A stretch of 59,555 nt of DNA, the filler included, from Dugesia japonica (lineage: Eukaryota), in assembly GCA_001938525.1 (NCBI GenBank). It is 5 parts of 5 records of this genome, joined end to end, with 100 filler letters (N's around TTAATTAATTAA, not from the genome) between each part and the next. Parts side by side here need not be neighbours in the genome. Positions count along the whole stretch, not along the records: positions 1 to 19,856 come from MQRL01605799.1; positions 19,957 to 28,810 come from MQRL01618604.1; 3 more parts are not named here. The stretch is one strand, 5' to 3'. Of the stretch, positions 13,851 to 26,083 are shown piece after piece. The notes under the pieces are model-generated. The model saw nothing but the letters and a program-made list of their open reading frames with translations, did not search any database and was not told the DNA's origin. The translations under genes were made by a program, and so were the position numbers. The stretch's first letter is position 1. The number at the start of each line of letters is the position of its first letter.

Positions 13851-16800
13851 NNNNNNNNNNNNNNNNNNNNNNNNNNNNNNNNNNNNNNNNNNNNNNNNNN
13901 NNNGTATAGATCTTGTGTTCTTAAAATATAATGATAATAATTAAATGTATTTATTAATTTTTCCTTATCGCTATTATATGAAAACAGTGTTTATATGCCT
14001 TTTTTAGTCATTTTCGCTTTAAAAAGATTTTGATTCCATTTTTATACCTTTTTAAGAAAAGGAACCATAATTCAGCAAGAATCAAAAAATGAAAATAAGG
14101 TAAATAAATATTTTAAAAGCATTTATAATCGATCATTAAATTTTTATTGAATGCAGATTAAAAATAAAACATAAGTAAATAAAGAGTTGATTAGAAAAAG
14201 TTAATCACTGAAGAAGACAATCGTCATTATATTTGGATTTCTAACAACAACAAAAAATAATATTTTAATCTAAGTTTTTTTTAATTTATTGAAGCTTAAA
14301 AAGAAATGTNNNNNNNNNNNNNNNNNNNNNNNNNNNNNNNNNNNNNNNNNNATTTCTCTATTATCTATGCTCAGAAAAATTTAAAAAGAAAAATTTTAAC
14401 AAGAATATTTTTTTCTGGTAATATCACTTGAGATAAACTTTTCCTAGAAAAAGTTTTTTATGTAATACTATATACTTTTTACGAGAAAAGAATTTTTTGT
14501 TAATTTTTTTATTATTATTATTATTTTTCTGGCAACATTTACAACTTACCCAGTATTTTACCGATTCTTTTTACATTAAAAAAGTGTTTAGAAACTTGAT
14601 AAAATCGTTTAAAAATTGAGTTAAAATTAGCTGAAAAATAGATTGAAGAACCCTTTATTTATTGTGAAAGAATACGTCACTAGCGCATAATGTTTTAGAT
14701 ATAATTTTAATAAGCAGTTAATTTTTAAAATAATTTTTCAATTTCAGAGTGACGCACTTTCAAGGGGGATCAGAGATTTGTGACAATGAAGAAGGGGTAA
14801 AAATTCTAAAAAATAGCGTGACATACTTTATAAAGTGCCCCATGGATTTCTTAGAACTTTTATGGCTAGATAAGAAATTTTATATATTGTTAAAAATCCT
14901 ATGCAATTTTAATAAATTTTTAAGAAATTTTATGAATAAAACCTCGTGGCATTTTTTATTACACTTTTCAGCACTATTTTTGTTAATTTGGCTAAATTAG
15001 ATACTTAAAGAGCTATAAACAACTTACATTGTAGCTAATTTTTGTAAACAGATTTCCTTTCAAATTGTCTATTTAAAGCCAAGTGTGTTTATCTGTCTAA
15101 AAGTTACTCTTATGTAAAAATACTTTTCCAATTAAAGCGTTGATAATAGTTATTAATAAACCTTTTTTNNNNNNNNNNNNNNNNNNNNNNNNNNNNNNNN
15201 NNNNNNNNNNNNNNNNNNNNNNNNNNNNNNNNNNNNNNNNNNNNNNNNNNNNNNNNNNNNNNNNNNNNNNNNNNNNNNNNNNNNNNNNNNNNNNNNNNNN
15301 NNNNNNNNNNNNGAAATTTAGAGAATTTATACAAAAAAAATTTCATTAAACCCAGAGCTTTAGCATTACAAAGTGTCAGCTCCATGTTTCAGACGATACA
15401 TTGATTTCATAACTCTTAGAAACATAAAATTAACGTTGAGAAATTGTGTAAAAGTTTACCCTGTTTACCTTAACTATATTTTTTAAATCTTACTCACTGC
15501 CTGGCAGATCAGCGAGTATTCGAACATTGAGTATGACATTTCACACTGCTAGTATCAATAAATACTATGCTTTTTTGCAGCGAATATTTAAATGTTCTCT
15601 GTTGAATAATAAAGAAATTTAAGGATGATGTAAATATAGTAGAATCACTGATATAAATATTAAATTAAAATAACTCTAACCGTAAGACAGTCATGAATTT
15701 GGTAATTATCATAATCATTATTATGTATAAAATGAATTTCCACCAGCTTACATTATGCTTATAATGTAAAAAAGTAGACCATGGAATTAAGAAAAAAACA
15801 ATTCCCATGTAAAGTAAGATGGTAAATATTCTAGTTAAATTAAAGTCAATAGAGGCGTAGCTAGGGAGGACAGGGTGGATTATTTAAGTTGAAATAGTTA
15901 ATTTGTTCAAAAAATTATTGGATAATGTATTAAAACCCCCACATATATCTATAATAAAAGGAGTTTACAAAATTAAATTTAAAAAAAATTTATTGGTTAA
16001 AATAATTTAATTAAAATACAATTTAACCGAATTAAGTATTTCAAAAAAATTATCCTTTGCCTTATCCTAACTCATTCAAAAAATTTCTAATAACTCCACC
16101 ACAGATTCCATAAATTTTTTTAATCCTCAATTATGCATCCTCCAAGTTTATTTGATTGTTTGCGTGTTAACAAATATATTTGAATTAACAAAATACAGTC
16201 TGTGATTTACAGTTTCATGTAAAAATCCCAAGGTTCCAATTTAACAATAACGAATAATCATTCCAAGTCGACAAATTTCACAAATTGGAAGTAAAATTAG
16301 ACGGTCCGAATTTTAATTAAATTTTTGCTGGTCTAAAGAATGTGTCGGTTATAACAAAAACCCGCATTTTTTTAAAACAAAATTCAAAAATAAAAGTATG
16401 TATTCAAAAAATCCCCGGGGTTTTTAATATACTATCCAAATTCTCTTAAAAGCGAATTAATACAAAATATGTTATTTAACTGAATATTTAAACAAATTTT
16501 TAATTTAGAGATTAGAAAAATATTAATTTGAAAATTCATAATTAAAAATCATAAAAGTCAGTTTGTAAAGATCACACAATGATTATTTCCTAAAATCTAA
16601 AAACAATAATTCGACGTAGTTTGAAAAAAACATTAATTGTCTAATAATTAATTAAGTACTCACAAAAAGTNGTATAAAGGTCAAATAAACGAAATTAAAA
16701 AATAAAAAAGAAACAATATGCAAATTATTAGTAAATTAGTAAAGAAATAGAGAAAATCAGTTAGAAAACGACACATTAAGTGTAATAAAAATTGAAGACT

Positions 16801-17479
16801 AATTTGAACAAAGGAAAATTAAAACAAAAAACTAAACTGAAATCAAGTCAGAAAGTGAAAATTAAACTAATACTCATTCAATTAAAAGCATGAAAATAAG
16901 GAGTTTCGAGAAAATCTCGTTGAATAGAAAGTAATTCTATTAATTTTTACAGGAAATTGAATCAAAGGAATCGTCACGCAGTTCATATAAATAAAAATCC
17001 ATGTATTTTATGAAGAAACTCGAGATTATTAGAATAAATGAAATTTGAATTAAAAAGTCAACTTTTCCTAGAGGAATTGTGAATTTCCAAAATTAAACAG
17101 TGGATAAATTTAATATTAAATTCATTCATTTTTGATTTTCCTCTTATGNNNNNNNNNNNNNNNNNNNNNNNNNNNNNNNNNNNNNNNNNNNNNNNNNNNN
17201 NNNNNNNNNNNNNNNNNNNNNNNNNNNNNNNNNNNNNNNNNNNNTTTTTTTGAGATTTGAATATGAAATTAAATAAATGAAATTAATGAATTACTTTAAA
17301 AATTATGTTAATCATTTAAAATTTAGTTTCATGTTGAAATTAAGATAATTTAATAAAATGATAAAAGTTTTTAGAATGGCAGTTATTCCTAGTGTGATGG
17401 TTGGACCTAAACCATTAATAAGAGTATTTAAATTATTTAATAAAAATAAATCATAGTTTCAATAAACTAGAAAGCGTAT

Positions 17480-17745
17480 AGCAAAAAGATGTTATTTTCT
17501 TCTTTATGGATCCAATTACTATTAAAAGAAATGAAAATGTCATTGACATTGTAAATGAATTTTTTGAAAGATAAAAAACTCATAGATATTCAAAATTTCA
17601 TCAAACACGATTTCTAATGTTTTGTTAACTTTTGATTCTTCACCGGTGATCCAAATTTTAAACAAAGTGGTGGTCTTGAAATTGGTAACAATTTTTCTAC
17701 GAATTTGACTATAGTCTTTATGAATTTAATCGAAAAATAAATAAT
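17480..17745 (+). pseudogene. Penelope-like reverse transcriptase fragment
   Basis: FKQSGGLEIGNNFSTNLTIVFMNLIEK matches the PLE RT motif YxQxxGLxMGSPLSPxLAxxFMxxLE. Confidence 0.6.
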
Positions 17746-17957
17746 ACTTAAAGTTAACCAGATAATTTAGATATGGATTAAAAAATATAGCTTAATTATG
17801 CAAAATATAATATAGAAACCAAAACTCCAGCACAGCACAAGAATAATATTTAAAACACAAGCATTTTGACATTCAATTACAGAAACTAAGACAAAACATT
17901 TGTATTTCAAAATGTATTTGAGGTGGTACAAATATCACTTATCGAATATATCTAAGA

Positions 17958-18017
17958 ATAATCATAATCATAATCACAACCACAACCACAATCATAATCA
18001 TAATAATAGCAATGATG

Positions 18018-18083
<66 letters not shown>

Positions 18084-18157
18084 NNNNNNNNNNNNNNNNN
18101 NNNNNNNNNNNNNNNNNNNNNNNNNNNNNNNNNNNNNNNNAATAATAATAATAATAA
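17958..18157. repeat. Compound microsatellite (AATCAT/AACCAC/AAT)n spanning a gap
   Basis: Directly visible. Confidence 0.95.
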
Positions 18158-18284
18158 TGATTTTATTATATTAAAAGCTTCTAACATAACGTTGTTTTGT
18201 TATTTATTTCTTTTTTGGTATTTATCCAAATTTTTGACTACTTTCTTCTTCTAGAATACCAAAACAATACCAATAACAAAACAA

Positions 18285-18850
18285 CATTTTGATCGAAGCT
18301 TTTAATTTAATGAAATCTTGAATGCAATCAATGTTTAAGTCCAACAATTATTCTTACAATAATTGTAATTATAAAATAATAATCATGGTAAATGGGTTAC
18401 GTAAATAATGTTTTCCTTGTTATATAATAATCCAAAATTTTGATTAAAAATCCAACATATCGTACTCAATGACCAAAAATTTTCATTAAATAAAACTTTG
18501 TTCAAGAATTTATTACCCATTTTATTTAGAAAAATAAAGTAACAAAATCATAATTTAATTTGAAACAATTAGTATAATAATACTTATGATTAACCTGACT
18601 GAAAATTAACTTTTTTTGGATCAACTGAACTAATCATTAATATCCCACGCATAATTATGCCAATAATTTTTAAAGTGTCGGCACAAATTTTAAAAATAAC
18701 CCGGGGTAAAATATATTTTAAAATGACGTTTTGAAAAATATATATTTTTAATATTATTTTACAATTACAATTATTGCGAGAATAATTGTTGAATGTAACC
18801 ATTGATTGTTTTTCAGAAATCATTAAAATAAAAGTTTCTATCAAAATTTG
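18285..18850. repeat. Two inward-facing copies of the dispersed repeat family
   Basis: 18285-18380 (+) and 18758-18850 (-) are diverged reverse complements of each other. Confidence 0.65.
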
Positions 18851-18956
18851 TTTTTTTGTTTTTGAACGAAGCTTTTATTTTAATGATTTTAAATATTACT
18901 TTGATATAAATGGTCATGTATTTTAAATGCAGGAACTCAGATTTATAAGTAATTTT

Positions 18957-19681
18957 GGTACCGAGACATTTCCTATAAAATACATTTCCTATAAAATACA
19001 TTTCCTATAAAAAAATTTTCTTATTAAATAAACTTCATGTAAAATTTTTCCATATAAAAGAAATTTCCGATAAAAAAGGTTTCCTTTAAAATACATTTCC
19101 ATGATCAAGTTTCATTTAATTTAAAATTTTATTACAAAAACGATGAAAGAGACAATGAAAATTTCTTTGCTCATCCAATAAAGAAGAAGTATTTTGAATG
19201 AAAAAACAGAAGTGATTATTATCTCATATGCTGAATATAAAAGAAACGATAATATCTGTATCTGTTAAGTTTTGGATAGCTGTTGAAAAAAACCTTCGTA
19301 TCTGTCTTAAAAATCGAAGAGAACTACAATCAACTCGAAGAAAAAGCAATAAACATTTCATTGAAATAAACATTTAGTAATTTAATATTTTTATTAATTT
19401 TTATTGGTATAATACTAATAACTGAATAAAGTCTACATTAAACTGATAATTATAGTAAGTATAATGGCTTTGCAACAGCCAAAGTTTAGTCACTGAAATT
19501 AATGCATTTTGTAGAAAATATATATGTTAAATGATTACAAATTATTAATTATTCTAAAATGAATTTTTTGTAATAAATTTGTCATTAATTAAAAATCATT
19601 ATAAAAATGTAATTAATCAACCAAATTGAAAAAAAATAAAATTTTTATAGGACATTTATTTTATAGGAAATGTCCGTGGAT
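18957..19681. mobile_element. Non-autonomous MULE-like element
   Basis: Inverted ends GACATTTCCTATAAAAT with tandem 16-nt subterminal repeats. Candidate 9-bp TSD agtaatttt (18948-18956) / actaatttt (19682-19690). Confidence 0.7.
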
Positions 19682-19856
19682 ACTAATTTTATCACTTAAT
19701 TTTTAATAGATAAACAATGATCCTATACCTATTTATAATAACGTGTCGTATATAATAAGTTGAGTGATGTCATTACAACACAAAAAATAAATTATATTAA
19801 ATTAAATATTATTGTTACAATATTTATTTTTACAAAATTCTTCAAACTCTTTTTTT

Positions 19857-19956
19857 NNNNNNNNNNNNNNNNNNNNNNNNNNNNNNNNNNNNNNNNNNNN
19901 TTAATTAATTAANNNNNNNNNNNNNNNNNNNNNNNNNNNNNNNNNNNNNNNNNNNN
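19857..19956. other. Artificial contig linker N44-TTAATTAATTAA-N44 (also 28811-28910, 37364-37463, 48872-48971)
   Basis: The identical 100-nt construct, with stops in all six frames, occurs four times. Confidence 0.95.
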
Positions 19957-20149
19957 ATCTCAAACCTTCAACCTCAAATCTCATCCCAGTAGGCGCCCAG
20001 TAGTAGTAGTAGCTACAGTAGTAGTAGTAGTTGTGTAGTGCCAAATCCCTAATCCCTAATGCCAAATCCCCAAATCCAAATCCTAAATAAACATAAAACT
20101 AAAATAAAAAATAAAAATAATCGTATGATTAAATTGTATATTTAGAAAA

Positions 20150-23100
20150 ATGGTAAGTGCATTACCTCAATGTTATAATTGTCATAAGGTGTTTAAAAAT
20201 AAAGCAGGGCTTGGAAACCATATTGCATCAAGAATCTGTGCAACCCCAACAACAAGAATTAAATGCCCAAGAGTAAACTGCAATAGATGGTTTAATTCAC
20301 AAGTAGGTTTACAAAATCATTTAAATGCATCAACATGTGGTAGTGAAGAAATACGTCCATTAGTATGTGGACCTTGTAAAAAATTTTTAAATATCAAGCT
20401 CATGCAAGAGAACATTTTAATTCTGTAAAACATAAACGAAAATTAAATTTAGATACAGCAGTTGGAATAGTCGAACCCGATTTTGAAATTAGAAAGATGT
20501 TAAAAATGTATAAAAATTTTGAAATTAGATATTTTGTACAAAGTAGAGTTGAAATGGTGAAAGTACTTAAAAACACAATTCAAGATGTTAGTTTATTTAA
20601 AAATGAAACTGAAGAAATTATTAGAAAGTATTTTAACTATGCTAAAAAAATTCTTGTATCTATGGTGGTAAGATGTCAATATACAAAAATGGTTAATCAA
20701 TTAATTAGAGTACAATCTAATTCTTATTCCAACAATACTAAAATTATTATGGAGAGTGAAATACCAAACGCTTTAATTGAAATGTTTACTCATTTAGAAA
20801 ATAAGATTCAAGATGAAGATAGAGAAGAATCAGGATGGACATTTGAAAAGATTATTCAATATACAATTAACTTGCGCAAATATCAATCTTTAGCCGGAGC
20901 AACATTTCAAAAGTTACCATTTAAAAAACCAGGAGTAATAAATATAAAAAATGATGATAATAAATGTTTCCTATATTCAATCTTAGCCCACAAATATAAA
21001 GATTTTACAAAACCATCAAGAGTAACTAATTACATCCCATATGTAAATGAATTAAATTTTGAAGGATTAGATTTTCCAATAAGTATTTGTGATGTGAAAA
21101 AATTTGAAGACATGAATGGATGGAATGTAAATGTATTTTCGGTTAATACAGTAAAAAAAACTTGAACCATTATACATTTCACATCACATTACAAAACCAG
21201 ATCTAAATGAAAAGAAATGTAATTTATTAGTTTACAAAGAACATTACATGTTATGTAGAAATCTTAATGTATTCTTTACAACAAATGCAAATCAAAATCA
21301 TTTGTGTGTGAGATGTATGAATTGTTACTCAAGCGAAGAAGTTTTAAAGAAACATCAAGATCTTTGTATTCATCATAAACCTAATAATATTAAATTCCCA
21401 AAAGAAAATTATTATGAATTCAACAAACATTATCAAAAAAATAAAACACCATTTTTCATATGTGGAGATTTCGAAGCTTATACCAACACAGAAACTAATA
21501 AACAAAAAACTTTATGTCTTGGGATTTATGTTAAATCAGATTACCCCGAATTATTAGAAAATAAATATTATGAATTTTCAGGAGAAAATACACATCAACA
21601 AATGTTTAATTTTTTAGATGAGATTAATGAAAAAATAAATGATATTAAAGAAAATAAATTAATAAATTATTCAGGAACAAATCACCCATTATTTGATGAA
21701 AATATTAATTGTAGATATTGTGATAAAACTGTTACCAATCCAGTTAAGGACCACAATCATTTTAATGGAGAATTTCGAGGATGGGTTTGTAAACAATGCA
21801 ACATAAAAGATCTTTCAGTTAAAAATTTATTTGTACCATTTTATTTTCACAATTTATCAGGTTATGATGCCCATTTATTTTTCAGAGAATTATTAACAGA
21901 TTCTCCAGGAAAAGTAAATAAAATAATTCCCCATAATTCAGAAAATTATATTTCATTCCATTATGGAAATATTAGATTCCTTGATTCCAATAGATTAATT
22001 CCATTCACACCAGTAGAAAAAATGGGGGAATTATTAACTATAGCAAATAATTATCTCACAATTTACAACCTAAAAAAGCTATATTCCCCTATGAATATGT
22101 AAAAGGAAGAGGTATTCTTGAAGTTGTAGATTTATTAAAAAGTGGAAAGATTCCAGATAAAGAAATATTCTTTAATACATTAAAACAAAAAAATATAACA
22201 TTTCAAGATTATATAAAATTTTTAAAAGAATATTTTAAATTTAAAAACATGTGGGAATACACACTTTATTATATGAAGCTAGATGTTTTAATTTTAGCAG
22301 ATTTTATTGAAAACTTTAGAAACAAATGCATGTCAGGCATCTTTAAACAAGATCCTTGTTATTCATATTCAATGCCTGGTTATGCGTGGGAAGTTGGTAA
22401 TTATTTTTCCAAAGTAAAATTTAAATATGCAAAACCAGAAACCTATGATACATTTCTAACAATTGAATCTGGAATTCGAGGAGGAGTATCTTGTGAATTA
22501 AGTGAAAGACAAGTATTTGCTCAAGAAGAAAACTCACCTTTAAAACAAATGAATAAAGCAGAATATGAAGATATACTTAAATTAATGATTGAAGGAGAAG
22601 ATATTCCAGAAGATATATTTGAAGAAACATTTATTAAATATATTGATGAAAATAGTCTTTACGCAAGTTGTATGACTTTACCACTTCCAACAGGAGAAAT
22701 TAGAGAAATAACTCCAGAAATGGAAGTAACTGGTTCCTTAACATATGAAAAAGCAACAGAAACAATGAATTATATTTATGAAGTGGATTTGGAATACCCA
22801 GTTGAAATTCATGAGAAAACGAGATACTTTCCATTAGCCCCAGAAAGAATAAATATTCAAGAAGAAATGTTAGGTAATTATCAAAAAAGTTTTAAAAGGA
22901 AATTAGGGAAAAAAATATAAAACTTACACTAAATCAATTCGATAAAAAAAATTATGTAACACTTGGATCGACATTAGATTTATATCTTGAAATAGGAATG
23001 AAAATAAAAAAGATTCATAAAAAGTTTAAAATGAGTGTGAGTCCTTGGTTTAGAGAATATGTTCATAAATTAATAGCCTTGAGAAGAGAAGCCAAAGCAA

Positions 23101-23972
23101 ACCATGATGCATCAGGTGATCACATTTTTAAATTAATGTTAAATGCTTATTATGGTAAAACACTTGAAAATATTAGGAATAGATGCGATGTTGAGATTGT
23201 TGATAACGATAGAGATTATCAAATGTTCGCATCGAAATTAACATTTAAATCTGATAAAATTTTTACAAGAAACGATGAAACAAATGAAGCGACAGTTGCT
23301 GCGATGTACATGATGAAATCAAATTTATATTACAACAAATTTCCATATATAGGTTTCACAATTCTCGAACACGCAAAATATGTTTTGTTTGATTTTGTAT
23401 ATAAACAATTAGATCCATTAGTTGGAAGGGAAAAATATAAATTGCTTTATACAGATACGGATTCCATCTTTTTAGAAGTAAAAGGAAATTAAAATCTAGA
23501 AAAATTAAAAAGTTTACTTGGGAATGAATTATTCCAAATGAAAGATGAATTACCAAATGTGGAAATAATTCAAGGAGATTTTATAAAACCCAAAAATTAT
23601 GGATATAATTATACTACTACTACTACTACTACACCTACTACTACAACAACAACAACAACCACTAGTGAAATTAAATTTTCATCAAAAAATAAAGGAGTTC
23701 AAAGTTCAAATAAATTTTTAATGAAAGATTATGATGAAGTTTTAAAAGATGCAAAGAAAACATTTTATGGGAAAAATTATTCATTAAAATCAGAATTGCA
23801 TGAAATAGAATTAAAAGAACAAAAGAAAATTGGATTAAATGCATACAGTGATAAATTAATATTTGAAGATAATGGAATTAGAGGATGGCCACATGGAAAT
23901 AAATTTTATTGTGAAAAATGTAATGATCATCATTTAAGATTAGATCTCATAAATAAAAGATTAGTATGCTAA
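20150..23972 (+). CDS. polB: Protein-primed family B DNA polymerase (about 1274 aa after repairing 4 homopolymer frameshifts and 1 in-frame TAA)
   Basis: N-terminal zinc fingers; ESGW terminal-protein-like region; vOTU-like NDDNKCF...EHY; ExoI GDFEA; EndoVII-like insert CRYC...DHNHFNGEFRGWVCKQCN; ExoII FHNLSGYD; KAIFPYEY; ExoIII YMKLDV; PolA YIDENSLY; PolB KLMLNAYYGKT; PolC YTDTDS; KNKGV; DKLIF...PHG. Six ORF pieces join via single-base shifts at 20384-8, 21153-60, 22072-7 and 22909-15, and the stop at 23490-2. Confidence 0.93.
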
Positions 23973-24000
23973 GTTTTTTATTTAATAAATAGCGAATGAA

Positions 24001-24474
24001 ATGAGCGAACCACATAAAGTAGAAAGCAATCCGAGTGAGGAAGAGTTAGAGAAAATAGTAAATAATAAAAAATGTAAATCTGTAAAAATTAATGGTAAAA
24101 ATTATTATATCAGTAAAAAAGTAAAAGATGAGCTTAGATCTCTAAAAGAGAAAGAAGGTGGTTTTGCATTCCTGGGTGCAATCCCAGCAATTATTGGCGC
24201 GTTAGCTGGTACAGCAGGAATCGCATCAGGAATTGCAAGTACCGTAAAAAGTTCAAGAGAAGCTGCACTATTAGGAAGCGAAGCTTCCAAAGCCTCCGTT
24301 GGTAATGGTATTTATCTCAATCCTTATCAAGGTTCTGCAATTCATAAATATTTTAAAAATATTATTGATGATGATGAATTTGAAAACTTAACTAGAAACT
24401 TTAAAGATGAAATCCAATTAATTAAACAAGGTGATGAATTATATTTACAACCCGCTTATAAAAATACTTTATAA
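24001..24474 (+). CDS. Putative virion core / membrane-lytic protein (GGF + amphipathic Gly/Ala helix)
   Basis: KEKEGG|FAFLGAIPAIIGALAGTAGIASGIASTVK follows an adenain-like GG cleavage site. Two GxxLYLxP(Y) motifs (GNGIYLNPY, GDELYLQPAY) resemble conserved small Polinton proteins as I recall them. Confidence 0.7.
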   Translation: MSEPHKVESNPSEEELEKIVNNKKCKSVKINGKNYYISKKVKDELRSLKEKEGGFAFLGAIPAIIGALAGTAGIASGIASTVKSSREAALLGSEASKASVGNGIYLNPYQGSAIHKYFKNIIDDDEFENLTRNFKDEIQLIKQGDELYLQPAYKNTL

Positions 24475-24487
24475 AAAGGATTGTAGT

Positions 24488-25915
24488 ATGAATACAAAAG
24501 AAGTTGAAGAAAGAATTAGAGAATTAAGAGCTTTGGTTAAATCCCAAGAAAAATTTAATGATTTTTTCTGTGGTAATATCACAGAGACGAGAGAATTACA
24601 AAGTCAATTAACATTCATGCAACAACCAACAATTTCAGCTATAAATAAAATTACATTGAAATCAAATTTAATGGAAACTGCAGATTTAACAAAATTCTTC
24701 CTAAATGAAAAGGTAATACCATTTATTCCTGAATACTCAATTGAAAATGTTAATGCAACATGAAAATTAACTCAAACAATTATTCCAACATTTTCAAGAT
24801 TAAATGTTACAGCACCAGATCAAGTTAAAAGTTTTATGGAGATAAATTTAAAGGGAAATAAAATTTATTTATTTGAAGAAAATGGAAATAAAAATTTCTT
24901 ATTTAAATCTGAAGTTATTCCTTATACTGATGGAATTTTTAGAATCATTTTAGGAAATAAAGATGGGAGAGAAACACCTCAAGAAATTGAGGTTTATTTA
25001 AATAAATTTATAACCCCAATTCCTACTAATTCTACTTATGTTACTAATTTAAAAAATAAATTTAGAAAAGTAGAGATTGTTAAAGAAAAACCTAAAAGAA
25101 GAAAGAGAGAAGAAAAAGATCCCAAATCTGCTCCAGCAGAGAGAATAGATGGAGATCCATATGCATCAGAAGCTGATGTAAAATCAGAAGTATTCGATGT
25201 CGCAGATACAAAACCCCCACCACATGTTGTTGTTGTAGAAGAAGAAGAATCACCAGCACAATCAGAATCAGAAGTAACAACTCCAGAAAAAAAAATAAAA
25301 ATTCAATTATCCCCTGAAATTATTAATATTTTAAATTCAAAAGAAACAATCCCATTTGACCCAAAATTAAAAAATAATCATACTAAATTACGAGGAACAA
25401 TGTATTCTGTTAGAGATACAGTTACAATAAAACCTAGTGGTAAAAAATATACTGCAGCAATATTTAAAAATCCAAAAGTGGAGATAATTTTCTTTCAAAA
25501 AAATAATGAAAAATTCTTTGTTTTAAAAAATAAAACTCATAATTATTTAGAAGATTTTGGTAAAATAATGACGGGTAACTTTACAGGAACTGAAATAACA
25601 GATGATGAAACTAAAAAGTTTGTAAAGACATATTTAAATGAAATAATACATCCTCCAAAAGATAATGAGTATTTCAATTATTTAAAATCACTTCTACTAC
25701 AATCACTACCACTACAACAACCACCACTACAACCGCCACAAGGAAGTTCTCTTGGTCCAATAGATTTATTTGAAAAATTAACATTATTAATTTCAGCTGT
25801 AAAATCTGGTCATAATAATTTGGAAAATGATATTAAAAAAACTTGTAAAAAATTAAAAATGATGGGATTAATTTCTAATAAAATTTATGATAAATATAGG
25901 GAGAAATATTTCTAA
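24488..25915 (+). CDS. Conserved Polinton-type protein (about 475 aa, one in-frame TGA at 24761-24763)
   Basis: ORFs 24431-24763 and 24836-25915 are in the same frame with open sequence after the TGA. The C-terminus PIDLFEKLTLLISAVKSGHNNLENDI...LKMMGLI resembles the Polinton DPNELxxRLxLLxAxxxAGNxxxxNEI...LxxxGII motif (from memory). Confidence 0.7.
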
Positions 25916-25923
25916 AAAATTAT

Positions 25924-25943
25924 GCCTGCGTAGCAGGTTTTTT
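25924..25943 (+). terminator. Hairpin H1 cctgc-GTA-gcagg followed by T6, 9 nt after a stop codon
   Basis: The inverted repeat is directly visible. Terminator function is inferred from position and the T-tract. Confidence 0.5.
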
Positions 25944-26008
25944 GGTTCCCATTGCGATTAATCGCATTGAAATTGACACACCACACCCTAAATATTAGGA
26001 ATTAATAA

Positions 26009-26025
26009 AGGAGGCTTCGCCTCCT
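26009..26025 (-). promoter_or_regulatory. Hairpin H2 aggaggc-GAA-gcctcct (minus-strand reading)
   Basis: Perfect 7-bp stem, 58 nt upstream of ATG 26084. Confidence 0.5.
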
Positions 26026-26083
26026 AATATTATTTTAAAAATTATAAATAATTCCACATGATTAAAACCAATTATTTATAAAA

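Noticed and set aside
14745-14841. DNA-transposon/MITE-like terminus (rc GGGGCACTTTATAAAGTATGTCACGC)
   Set aside because: No partner end or TSD found, so the superfamily cannot be supported.
15490-15560. Possible upstream receptor exon (minus; VILNV...|gtgagt)
   Set aside because: No M3 hydrophobic helix or HHR motif, and the phase does not fit the phase-0 acceptor at 1527.
11571-18254. Poly-I, poly-N, poly-L and X-rich ORFs
   Set aside because: Translations of (AAT)n microsatellites and N gaps.
18957-19110. Tandem 16-nt repeats as a CRISPR-like array
   Set aside because: There are no unique spacers. They are transposon subterminal repeats mirrored at 19645-19675.
19988-20090. (AGT)n runs near the contig start as the Polinton terminus (elements often begin AGT/AG repeats)
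   Set aside because: They are not at the contig edge, lie only about 120-150 bp from the polB ATG, and have no partner TIR or TSD. The GTA and CCAAAT repeats resemble the low-complexity coding tracts elsewhere in the element. Unresolved rather than excluded.
23490-24763. Alternative genetic code or programmed readthrough in the Maverick
   Set aside because: One TAA and one TGA only, while TAA and TAG terminate other element genes normally.
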